Assembly (NCBI GenBank): GCA_041486305.1
Contig: JBGPLG010000001.1
Location: 5,544 to 69,543 of the forward strand
DNA length: 64,000 nt
DNA from: Gemmatimonadota bacterium
GTDB taxonomy: Bacteria; Gemmatimonadota; Gemmatimonadetes; Gemmatimonadales; GWC2-71-9
Reading direction: 5' to 3'
Notes under the pieces: model-generated
Told to the model about the DNA's origin: nothing
The model's database searches: none
Seen by the model: the letters and a program-made list of their open reading frames with translations, nothing else
Made by a program: the position numbers and the translations under genes
Shown: positions 36,710-44,761 of the stretch, one piece after another
How the letters are laid out: the number at the start of each line of letters is the position of its first letter
Numbering within the stretch: the first letter of the stretch is position 1

Positions 36710-37849
36710 GTGACCACCTCGCCTCTGCGACTCATCGAGAACTCCACCGAGTTCGAGACGCTGCTCCGGCGGCTCTGCCAGGCGCCGATGGTGGCGATCG
36801 ATACGGAGGCGGCGAGTTTTCACCGCTACCGCGACCGGGTCTACTTGGTCCAGGTCTCGACCCGCGGCGAGACCCACCTCATCGACCCCCTCGCGGTCCC
36901 GGGGCTCCCGGGCTTCGGGGAGTTGCTGGCCGACCCCGCCATCGAAAAAGTATTTCATGACGCTGATTACGATCTCCGGCTCCTGGGGTACGAGTTCGGG
37001 TTCAAAGCGACCAACCTGTTCGACACCAGGGTCGCGGCCCAGTTCCTGAACGAGCCCGGCATCGGTCTCGCTGCCCTGCTCGAGAAGCACATCGGGGTCA
37101 CCCCAGACAAGCGCTTTCAGCGAGCCGACTGGTCGGCTCGGCCCCTGAGCCAGCCGATGCTCGAGTACGCCGCGATGGACACCCGGCATCTGCCCGACCT
37201 GCGAGACCTGATGCGGGACAAACTGGTCGCACGCGGACGGCTCGAGTGGGTCCTGGAGGAGTGTGCGCTGCTCACCGCGGTGCGCTGGCCGGATCCGGTG
37301 CCTTCGGAAGAAGCCGCACTGACGGTCAAGGGCGTCCGTGCCCTCACCCCCCGGGCCCAGGCGCTTTTCCGCGAGCTCTACCTCTGGCGGGCCCGCACGG
37401 CGGAAGCGCTGGATCGGGCAGCGTTCCGAGTCATGGGGAACGAAACGCTCGTGGCACTCGCCCAACAGCCTCCGGCAGACCAAACGGCCCTCGTGGGCGT
37501 GAAGGGTGTGGGACGCGATATCGCCGAGCGACGCGGAACGGAAATCATGGCCGCGGTCCGACGGGGGCTCGAGCTGCCGGATGCCGAGCTCCCCCGTTTG
37601 CCCCGAGGCCCGCGCCGCCGTCCCGACCCAGTCTTCGATGTGCGGCTCGAACGCCTGAAGGCGCTCCGCACCGGCCTGGCCGCCCGGGAGGATCTGGCCC
37701 CCGGGGTGCTCTGCCCCAATTGGCTACTCGAAGCGATTGCCCGTGCCGCACCGGCGACCCTGGAGGAATTGGGGCAGGTCGAGGGAATCCGTCGCTGGCA
37801 GGTCGGTGCTATCGGGCCGGACCTGCTCAAGGTAATCCCAGCCACGTAG
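36710..37849 (+). CDS. rnd: ribonuclease D (DEDD 3'-5' exonuclease plus HRDC domain)
   Basis: VAIDTEA, HDADYDL and YAAMD exonuclease motifs, with an HRDC-like C-terminus. GTG start. Confidence 0.85.
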   Translation: MTTSPLRLIENSTEFETLLRRLCQAPMVAIDTEAASFHRYRDRVYLVQVSTRGETHLIDPLAVPGLPGFGELLADPAIEKVFHDADYDLRLLGYEFGFKATNLFDTRVAAQFLNEPGIGLAALLEKHIGVTPDKRFQRADWSARPLSQPMLEYAAMDTRHLPDLRDLMRDKLVARGRLEWVLEECALLTAVRWPDPVPSEEAALTVKGVRALTPRAQALFRELYLWRARTAEALDRAAFRVMGNETLVALAQQPPADQTALVGVKGVGRDIAERRGTEIMAAVRRGLELPDAELPRLPRGPRRRPDPVFDVRLERLKALRTGLAAREDLAPGVLCPNWLLEAIARAAPATLEELGQVEGIRRWQVGAIGPDLLKVIPAT

Positions 37850-37862
37850 TTGTAATTACAAC
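37849..37862. repeat. perfect AT-rich palindrome GTTGTAATTACAAC, the core of the motif GTAGTTGTAATTACAACA (37846-37863)
   Basis: It overlaps the rnd stop codon and ends 5 nt before the ATG at 37867. It matches 52904-52921 at 16 of 18 positions. Confidence 0.7.
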
Positions 37863-37866
37863 ATCT

Positions 37867-38547
37867 ATGAGAATCCCGGAACGGCCCCAGACCTTGGGTC
37901 CTCCGGCGGTTCGCGTCGTTCTTTCCAGTCTGACCCAACGCTTCTTCGGTTGGTATCGTCATACGAGTGCAGGCAGAACCGAAGCCCATGCGGCCGCAAG
38001 GGACGGTGTGGTGGACGATACGGATCTGATCGCGGGCGCGCGCGCCGGCGACCGGTTGGCAGCCCGCCGACTCTACGACCGACACGCCCCCCGGGTGTAT
38101 CGGCTGATCTTTCGCATGGTTGGCGAGGAGTCCCTGGCTCAAGAATACACGCAGGACACGTTCGTGAAGGTATTCGACCGATTGGAGCAGTATCGCGGCG
38201 AGTCGGCATTTTCGACCTGGCTGCATTCGGTGGCGATGTCATCGGTCCTGACGGGATTTCGGCGCCGCAAGAGGATTCGGTCCCGGGAGATCGAGCTGGA
38301 GGAAGCGTCGGCGGTGGCCGCGCCACCGGGTGGCTCGGACCCGTACCTGAGGGATCGGTTGACGGCGGAGCTGGAACGGCTCCCGGACCGGCTGCGGATT
38401 CCGGTGGTGCTGCACGACATCGAGGGGTTCACCCATCGGGAGATCGGCGAGATGCTGGACATTCCGCAGGGCACCAGCAAGGCCCGGCTCTTTGAAGCGC
38501 GAGCACGACTGCGCGACGCGCTGGCCGGCGTCGCGACAGAGCAGTGA
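37867..38547 (+). CDS. ECF-family RNA polymerase sigma factor
   Basis: Region 2 (RLYDRHAPRVYRLIFRMVG..AQEYTQDTFVKVF) and region 4 (EGFTHREIGEMLDIPQGTSKARL). The start is ambiguous: ATG 37867 (leaderless geometry) or GTG 38008 (AAGGGA Shine-Dalgarno, 179 aa). Confidence 0.85.
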   Translation: MRIPERPQTLGPPAVRVVLSSLTQRFFGWYRHTSAGRTEAHAAARDGVVDDTDLIAGARAGDRLAARRLYDRHAPRVYRLIFRMVGEESLAQEYTQDTFVKVFDRLEQYRGESAFSTWLHSVAMSSVLTGFRRRKRIRSREIELEEASAVAAPPGGSDPYLRDRLTAELERLPDRLRIPVVLHDIEGFTHREIGEMLDIPQGTSKARLFEARARLRDALAGVATEQ

Positions 38548-38557
38548 GGAAAATGTC

Positions 38558-39196
38558 ATGATGAGCGAAAAGGACCTGGAACGACGGCTGGTGGAGCTCC
38601 GCGACCATTGGCGAGTGGCCGGGGATCCGCCTCTGGATCAGATGTGGGAGCGGGTCGAAGCGGAGGCCCTCGCACCGGGGCGCCGGGGTCTGGGCGGCCC
38701 CTGGATTCGCCACCTCTTGCCCCTCGCGGCAATGCTCGTGCTTGGATTCGGAATCGGTCAACTGACGCCCCATGTCGTCGGCGGGCGCCCCGGAAAGGCG
38801 GTGACCGCGCCGATGGGGCCCGGGATTGCGGCCCGGAGTGTTTCTTCTCAATCAGTGCCGTTCGTCGGCGTCGCGACCGACTACCTCGAACGGGTCACGG
38901 CGCTGCTGGTGACCCTCGCCTCGCAATCGCGCGACGGAAAGTCGCTGGAGTATTCCGCCACGCAGGCCCGGGACCTGCTGGCCACGACCCGTCTCCTCAT
39001 GGATACGCCGCAGCGACTGGACCCGCATCTGCAGGGCCTGCTCGAAGATCTCGAGCTGGTGCTCGCGCAGATCGCCCGGCTGCCGTCCAGGCCCGACGCG
39101 CCCGACGTCTATCTCATCGATCAGGCCCTGAATCAGCGGGACGTCATCCCGCGCCTCCGCGTCTTTCTCGCGGAGAATCCCACCTCGCAGCCGTAA
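38558..39196 (+). CDS. putative membrane-anchored anti-sigma factor (no ZAS motif)
   Basis: Sits 10 nt after the sigma gene, with a GAGGA Shine-Dalgarno. Short cytoplasmic N-terminus, one TM helix (LLPLAAMLVLGFGIG), and a helical extracytoplasmic domain. The functional assignment rests on position only. Confidence 0.6.
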   Translation: MMSEKDLERRLVELRDHWRVAGDPPLDQMWERVEAEALAPGRRGLGGPWIRHLLPLAAMLVLGFGIGQLTPHVVGGRPGKAVTAPMGPGIAARSVSSQSVPFVGVATDYLERVTALLVTLASQSRDGKSLEYSATQARDLLATTRLLMDTPQRLDPHLQGLLEDLELVLAQIARLPSRPDAPDVYLIDQALNQRDVIPRLRVFLAENPTSQP

Positions 39197-39213
39197 CGGG
39201 CGGAGCCCTCGCC

Positions 39214-41010
39214 ATGCGATCCATTCCTCTGCTGGTTCTCGCGCTGGCGTCCGTCGCCACCGCTCAGACTCCCCCATCGCGGCGGCCTTCCGCACGGCCC
39301 CCCGTGATACCCGCGCCGCGGGTCCGTCCGAAACCCCACGCGGTGACCCTCGATCACGCCGCGCCCCTGCCCTTCGAGGCCTGGGGATTGCTCGATCAGG
39401 ACATGGCGCCCCTCGGCTCAATGTCCCTGGCGCCGCTCGACCAGCTCACACCCTTCGAGCTCCCCTGGTCGGACCCCCTCGGCTCCGTGAACACCAACAT
39501 CATGAGCCTGGAGCAGGGGCTGTTGAGTCACGCGGCGCCGCTGCCGTCGCTGCACGGGTTCGAGGACCTTCGCGTGGACTTGGAGCAATTGCAGGAGCTC
39601 CGCGCGCCCCGGGCGTTCAGCCTGAACGGAGATCTCTGGCCATCATCATGGCGCGACGAGGCGGAGTCCCGCGGGCCGCTCACGCGGATGCGGCCGGACC
39701 AGGGGACCCCGGAAGACTCGATGTACCGTGCCGCCCGCGAGGCGCTCAATCGTGGCGAGTACAGCCGCGCCTCCACGATGTTCCGCACCCTGGAGCAGAA
39801 ATATCCCCGCTCCCGCGTGGCGCCGGCCGTGCTGTACTGGCAGGCGTTCGCGCTGTATCGCGCCGGGTCGACCGATGAGCTCAAACGGGCCCTCGAGGTC
39901 CTCAGGGCGCAGCAGGATCGCTATCCCGATGCGGCAGCCGACGTCGAGGCCGCGACCCTCCGCACCCGGCTCCAGGCGGCCCTCGCCGCCCGGGGTGACG
40001 CCGGGGCCGCGGAGGCGTTGCGCCTCGCGACCGCCGGAGGTCCGACCTGCGACCGGGAAGACGTGGAAGTACGTGCCGAAGCGCTCAATGCGCTGGCCCA
40101 GATCAATCCCCCCGAGGCGCGTCCAACCCTCAAGAAGGTCCTGGCCCGCCGCGACGAATGTTCGGTGCGGCTGCGTCGCAGCGCGGTGTACATCCTGGGC
40201 CGGATCGGGACCGACGAGGCCACCACCGACCTCATCGAAGTGGCCAAGACCGATCCTGATCTCAGCGTTCGAAGCGACGCGATCCTCCTCATCGGCCGGT
40301 CTCCCGGCACCACGACCATCAAGACGCTCGAGCTGCTCTTCGCCGGGAGCACCGACGACCGGACTCGGCAGGCGGTGCTCTCCGCGCTCCGTTCCCGGGG
40401 CGGTCCGGAAGCCCGCCGGGTGCTCCGCGGCATCATCGAACGGAGCGACACGCCCGACAAGATGCGCAGCGAAGCGATTGCCCAGCTGGCCGGGAGCTCG
40501 TACGATACCCGGCGCGCGCTGATGGAAGCCGCCGCGGAAAAGGGCGTGGTGGAGGGCCGCCGAGCCGTCGAAACAGGAGCCAGTGACGAGGATGCGGCCT
40601 ATCTGCGCGGGCTGTATTCCAAGACCGGGTCGATGGACCTCAAGGCCACGATCATCGCCGCGGTGGGCCGCATCGGCGGCACCGCGAACGACCAGTGGGT
40701 CCTGGGCATTGCCCGGAATCGTGACGAGGATATGCGCCTGCGCCGGGAGGCCCTGTCCCGCCTGCGTTCGACCTCGCTCACGGTCGATGACCTCGGAAAG
40801 CTGTTCGACTCGCTGTCGGAGCGGGAGCTTCGCGCCGCCGTGATCTACCAGCTTGCCAACCGAGAGGATGACGCCGCGACCGACAAGCTCATCGAGATCG
40901 CCAAGTCGGGCACCGATCCGCAGACCCGCCGTGAGGCCATCTCGGCGCTGACCCGCAAGAAGGATCCCCGCACCACCAAACTGCTGCTCGACCTGGTGGA
41001 GCGGCCATGA
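39214..41010 (+). CDS. secreted HEAT-repeat protein with a YbgF/TPR-like segment
   Basis: Signal peptide (LLVLALASVATAQ), a Pro-rich linker, a TPR-like segment (YRAAREALNRGEYSRASTMF), and multiple PBS-lyase/HEAT-like repeats (VRLRRSAVYILGRIG...). Confidence 0.75.
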   Translation: MRSIPLLVLALASVATAQTPPSRRPSARPPVIPAPRVRPKPHAVTLDHAAPLPFEAWGLLDQDMAPLGSMSLAPLDQLTPFELPWSDPLGSVNTNIMSLEQGLLSHAAPLPSLHGFEDLRVDLEQLQELRAPRAFSLNGDLWPSSWRDEAESRGPLTRMRPDQGTPEDSMYRAAREALNRGEYSRASTMFRTLEQKYPRSRVAPAVLYWQAFALYRAGSTDELKRALEVLRAQQDRYPDAAADVEAATLRTRLQAALAARGDAGAAEALRLATAGGPTCDREDVEVRAEALNALAQINPPEARPTLKKVLARRDECSVRLRRSAVYILGRIGTDEATTDLIEVAKTDPDLSVRSDAILLIGRSPGTTTIKTLELLFAGSTDDRTRQAVLSALRSRGGPEARRVLRGIIERSDTPDKMRSEAIAQLAGSSYDTRRALMEAAAEKGVVEGRRAVETGASDEDAAYLRGLYSKTGSMDLKATIIAAVGRIGGTANDQWVLGIARNRDEDMRLRREALSRLRSTSLTVDDLGKLFDSLSERELRAAVIYQLANREDDAATDKLIEIAKSGTDPQTRREAISALTRKKDPRTTKLLLDLVERP

Positions 41011-42296
41011 GCGCCGCGGCGAGGGTCCTGGGTGGCCAGTTCGGGGCCGCGTTCCTGGCTACCGTGGCACTCAGCGCCCAGGGGGGGCTCCGAGCCCGCG
41101 TCGAGGGAAGTGGAGACGCCCGGGTCCAATTCCGCTACGCGGCCCGCGCCGACGTCTGCGGCACCGGGTCCTCGATACAGATCGGCAACTCGACGTACAT
41201 CTCCACCGGCTCGGGCCGGAATTTCGATGGAGACGTTCGCCCGGTGTGCTCGCGCGGGCCGGTGGTGGTGCGGGTGACCCGGTCCGGCGGCATGGTCGTC
41301 GGTATCGACGTGGAGATCGCGCCGGAGCGCTCCCCGGAAGGGGTGACCGACCTGGGCGCCGTGCCGGCGGCCGCCGCCGCCGAGTACCTGCTCGACCTCG
41401 CCGCCCGGGCCGAGGGACGGCCCGGCCGCGAGGCGATCCTTCCCGCTGTGCTGGCCGACAGCGCCACCGTCTGGCCGGGACTCATCGAGCTCGCGAAGAA
41501 TCGCGCCCTGGCTCGCGCGGTGCGCCAGAGCGCCATGAACTGGCTGGGCCGCGAGCTGGATCGCACCAGTGGAGCGGATGCCCGGCGAGCCTCCGCGCCG
41601 CTAATCGCACTCGCCACCGATCCCGACGAGATGCTGCCGGTCCGCCAGCAGGCAGTCTCGGTGCTGGCTCGCTCGGAAACCGCCGACCTCGCGGCGCTGA
41701 CCAGCATGGCGAACGGCAGCGACACCTGGCTCCGCCAGACCGCGATCCAGGCGCTGGCCAATTCGGGGGACCCGCGAGCCCGGGAGTATCTGCGCGCCGC
41801 ACTCCAGGACCCCGCCCTGCCTGAGATGCTCCGGACGACCGTGATCCGGGGGCTTGGCCGCGAATACGCGACGGGGAAGGACATCGACCTGCTCCGGACC
41901 CGCTACGCCACCCTGACCTCGGTCAGCAGCAAGCAGGCGGTGCTCTCCGTGCTTTCCGAGGAAGGCGGCGCGGCCAACGTGGCGTGGCTCCTCAAGATTG
42001 CGGGAGACGCCGAGGCCGAGCCGGAGCTCCGCGCCCAGGCCATCGAGGCCGTGCAGCGGGCGGGGGCGACCTCCGCTCAGCTCGGCAAGCTCTACGAGCA
42101 GGCCCCTGATCGGCGCGCCAAGGAAGCGGCCATCAATGGGCTCTTCCGGCGTGCCGACCGCCAATCGGTGGATTTGCTGCTGGGAATCGCCCGGACCGAA
42201 ACCGATCAGTCGGTACGACGGTCGCTGATCTCGCGGCTGGGACGGCTGGAGGACGAGCGGGTGAAGGGATTCTTGAAGGACCTGGTGAATCAGTAG
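41007..42296 (+). CDS. secreted HEAT-repeat protein with an N-terminal beta-rich domain
   Basis: ATGA overlap with the previous gene. Signal-like N-terminus, then a beta-rich segment (VQFRYAARADVCGTG...VVVRVTRSGG), then HEAT-like repeats (VRQQAVSVLARS, LRQTAIQALANSGDPRA). Confidence 0.75.
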   Translation: MSAAARVLGGQFGAAFLATVALSAQGGLRARVEGSGDARVQFRYAARADVCGTGSSIQIGNSTYISTGSGRNFDGDVRPVCSRGPVVVRVTRSGGMVVGIDVEIAPERSPEGVTDLGAVPAAAAAEYLLDLAARAEGRPGREAILPAVLADSATVWPGLIELAKNRALARAVRQSAMNWLGRELDRTSGADARRASAPLIALATDPDEMLPVRQQAVSVLARSETADLAALTSMANGSDTWLRQTAIQALANSGDPRAREYLRAALQDPALPEMLRTTVIRGLGREYATGKDIDLLRTRYATLTSVSSKQAVLSVLSEEGGAANVAWLLKIAGDAEAEPELRAQAIEAVQRAGATSAQLGKLYEQAPDRRAKEAAINGLFRRADRQSVDLLLGIARTETDQSVRRSLISRLGRLEDERVKGFLKDLVNQ

Positions 42297-42328
42297 GAGG
42301 GAGGAGGGAGCCTGCTCTCTCCTCCCTC
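42297..42328. terminator. hairpin with GAGGGAGGAG / CTCCTCCCTC arms between convergent genes
   Basis: 10-bp perfect stem (42297-42306 with 42319-42328). Confidence 0.6.
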
Positions 42329-42332
42329 TTCG

Positions 42333-42662
42333 TCACCCCAGAAACGCCCGCACTCTTGGATCCATGCGCTCCGGCGTCCAGTAAGGCTCCCACACCAGAT
42401 CGATCGCTACGCTCTTCACGCCTTCCAGGTCTTCGAGGACGAGCTTGGCGTCTTCCATAATTTCCGCACCGGCCGGACAGCCGGGCGAGGTGAGGGTCAT
42501 TTTCACCGTCACATCGCCTGCCGGGCTCACGATGGCGTCGTACACCAGGCCGATATCGATAATATTGAGTCCGAGCTCGGGGTCCTTCACCGCACGGAGG
42601 GCCTTCTTCACCGTTTCGGGGCTCGGGACGATTCGCGACGGGTCCATGCCTTCGGTGGCCAT
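42333..42662 (-). CDS. DUF59/MIP18-family Fe-S assembly protein (SufT-like)
   Basis: VKDPELGLNIIDIGLVY...MTLTSPGCP. Confidence 0.85.
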   Translation of the reverse strand: MATEGMDPSRIVPSPETVKKALRAVKDPELGLNIIDIGLVYDAIVSPAGDVTVKMTLTSPGCPAGAEIMEDAKLVLEDLEGVKSVAIDLVWEPYWTPERMDPRVRAFLG

Positions 42663-42693
42663 GGGAGAACAATGGGCATCCCGGGCCGGCCGG

Positions 42694-43824
42694 TCAATGT
42701 TGGGCCGCCCGGATCACCAGGTCGGACAACGCCGAGCGAAGCCCGCGCAGCGCGGTGATCGAATGCCGGACCCGGGGCTCGAGGCTGCGATTGGTGAGGA
42801 AGACCACGAACAGATCACGCACTGGATCGACCCACAGCATGGTGCCGGTCCATCCGCTATGCCCAAAGGTGTGAGCCCCAGCCAGATGACCGTATATCGA
42901 CGGGACCGTGCCGCGCTGCTCCGGAGTATCCCATCCCAGGGCGCGGCTCCCGCTCTGCGCCGATCGGCGCAGGAACTCGCGCATCGCGCTGGCCGAGACC
43001 CACGGCCTATCCGGCGCGCGGCCTTCGCGAAGCCACGCCTGGGCAAACCTGGCCACATCGGCACCGGTGGAAAACAGCCCCGCGTGTCCCGCAACTCCAC
43101 CCAGAAGATTGGCGTTGTCGTCGTTAACCCGGCCGAAGACGGGTCGCCCGCTGGCACTCCAGCTCGGGGCGACCGAGAGGCCGGGCGTGAGCGCGGGCGT
43201 GAACGTCGTCGACGAAAGCCCGAGGGGCGCGAACACCTCCCGCTTCGCGAAGACATCGAGGGGTTCGCCGGTCACCGCTTCGACCAGAATGCCGAGCAGC
43301 ATCGCGTTGAGATCACTGTACTCCGGGGAGGACCCGGGGACCCGAACCGGCACGGCCTCGTACAGCAGCTCGATGGCCGCCGCACGGCTTCCAGTCAAAC
43401 GGTAGAAGGCCAAGTACGGCCGCAGCCCGCTGGTATGATCGAGCAGCATCCTCACGGTGATCAGCTCCCTGCCGGAGCCCGTGAAGCGCGGCAGGTAGCG
43501 TGAAACCGGGGCGTCGAGGCTGACCCGGCCCTGGTCGACCAGCACCATCACCGCGCTCGCGGTCGCAACGACCTTGGTGAGCGATGCGAGGTCCCATCGG
43601 GTTTCGAGGGCGGAGGGCCGGGGAGAGCTCCGAGCCCAACTCAGGTGGCCGAACCCCCTGGCAAACAGCACGGTGTCCCGCCGGCCGATGACCACCACCG
43701 CGCCCGGGTAGACCCCCTGCCGAATCCCCCGCTCGACCAAGGCCCCCACGGCAGCAAAGGCCGGGGCCGCCACGGGTCGAGGAGCCTGAAGTGCCAGCAG
43801 GCCCACGAGGAGTGCAGGGATCAT
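42694..43824 (-). CDS. serine hydrolase, beta-lactamase/transpeptidase-like family
   Basis: Starts at MIPALLVGLLALQA (43824), overlapping the matrixin stop (ATGA). SLTK nucleophile motif and a YSD segment. Confidence 0.85.
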   Translation of the reverse strand: MIPALLVGLLALQAPRPVAAPAFAAVGALVERGIRQGVYPGAVVVIGRRDTVLFARGFGHLSWARSSPRPSALETRWDLASLTKVVATASAVMVLVDQGRVSLDAPVSRYLPRFTGSGRELITVRMLLDHTSGLRPYLAFYRLTGSRAAAIELLYEAVPVRVPGSSPEYSDLNAMLLGILVEAVTGEPLDVFAKREVFAPLGLSSTTFTPALTPGLSVAPSWSASGRPVFGRVNDDNANLLGGVAGHAGLFSTGADVARFAQAWLREGRAPDRPWVSASAMREFLRRSAQSGSRALGWDTPEQRGTVPSIYGHLAGAHTFGHSGWTGTMLWVDPVRDLFVVFLTNRSLEPRVRHSITALRGLRSALSDLVIRAAQH

Positions 43825-44603
43825 GGGGTGATCACTTCGCGGATTGTTCCGAGTGGTAGTTCGTACAACAACGTCAACGTCGAGCGATCCCTCTGGCTCA
43901 GAATGGCTGTCCGGGTTACCGGGAACATGACGTCGTCGGGATTGGGTGAGTGCGCCAACCCCATCGCGTGGCCGATCTCGTGTACTGCCACGGCGAGGAG
44001 GCCGCGGCCTGGGATGGGCCGGCCGGCCTGATCTCGCCGCGCCAGCGTAATCACCGCGGAGTGAATCAGACCATCCCTCGACCATTGAAGGTCGGTCTGG
44101 CCCGCCCGCTCTCCGGCAAGCTGGTCGCTCCCTCGCACCAGGATCTGGGCGCCGGTCGTGTCGGAAGTCACGCTGAAGCGAAGGCCCAGCCCGGCGGCCT
44201 CCCAGGTGGCCACCGCCTGGTGCAGCACCGCCACGAGCCCGGCATCGTACCGGGCCGAGTCTCCGGGAGGGATGGCGATGACAAAGGGCGCTCCGGTCCG
44301 GTCGGGCCACCGGCGCACCACCGAATCGGTTTCGGCGAACAATGAATCGAAATAAGTCGTTCGGGTGGCCCGGACCAGGCGGCGGCGGCCTTCGAGGCGC
44401 GCCAGCAGATCGATGGTTGGGGTGCCGGCGGGCTGCAGGACCGGCGTGAGAACGGGGGCGGGCGGCGGAAGCGGCCTTGGTCCGGGCGGCCGAATCACCT
44501 CGATGGCCTTAACCGCGGGCCCCGCCACGGCGGGACGGTTGAGCCGACCGATCAGGAGAAGCGCGAGAAGCACCGCGAGCGCGAGCAGGAGGGAGCGCGA
44601 CAT
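43821..44603 (-). CDS. matrixin-like (M10) zinc metalloprotease
   Basis: Starts at MSRSLLLALAVLL. HEIGHAMGLAHS zinc-binding motif. Confidence 0.8.
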   Translation of the reverse strand: MSRSLLLALAVLLALLLIGRLNRPAVAGPAVKAIEVIRPPGPRPLPPPAPVLTPVLQPAGTPTIDLLARLEGRRRLVRATRTTYFDSLFAETDSVVRRWPDRTGAPFVIAIPPGDSARYDAGLVAVLHQAVATWEAAGLGLRFSVTSDTTGAQILVRGSDQLAGERAGQTDLQWSRDGLIHSAVITLARRDQAGRPIPGRGLLAVAVHEIGHAMGLAHSPNPDDVMFPVTRTAILSQRDRSTLTLLYELPLGTIREVITP

Positions 44604-44761
44604 GGTCGTCCCGGAATATGGGGAGGCGGGACCGGCGGTCGCCACTCCGCGGCGAAACTGGCGTCCGACCGCATCGCGGCCTACCATTCGTGCTTGCAGA
44701 TCCTTGCATTCGCCTCCCGCCTGATCGCGGTGCACCTTCCTCGCGTCCTGCGCCCGTGCTG

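Noticed and set aside
43851-43880. GGTAGTTCGTACAACAAC inside the matrixin gene 3' end, considered as a further copy of the GTAGTT...ACAAC motif.
   Set aside because: It is shorter and lacks the central TAATTA/TATTAA. It lies in ordinary coding sequence (LLYELP) with no nearby gene start on the relevant strand. It is probably a chance resemblance.
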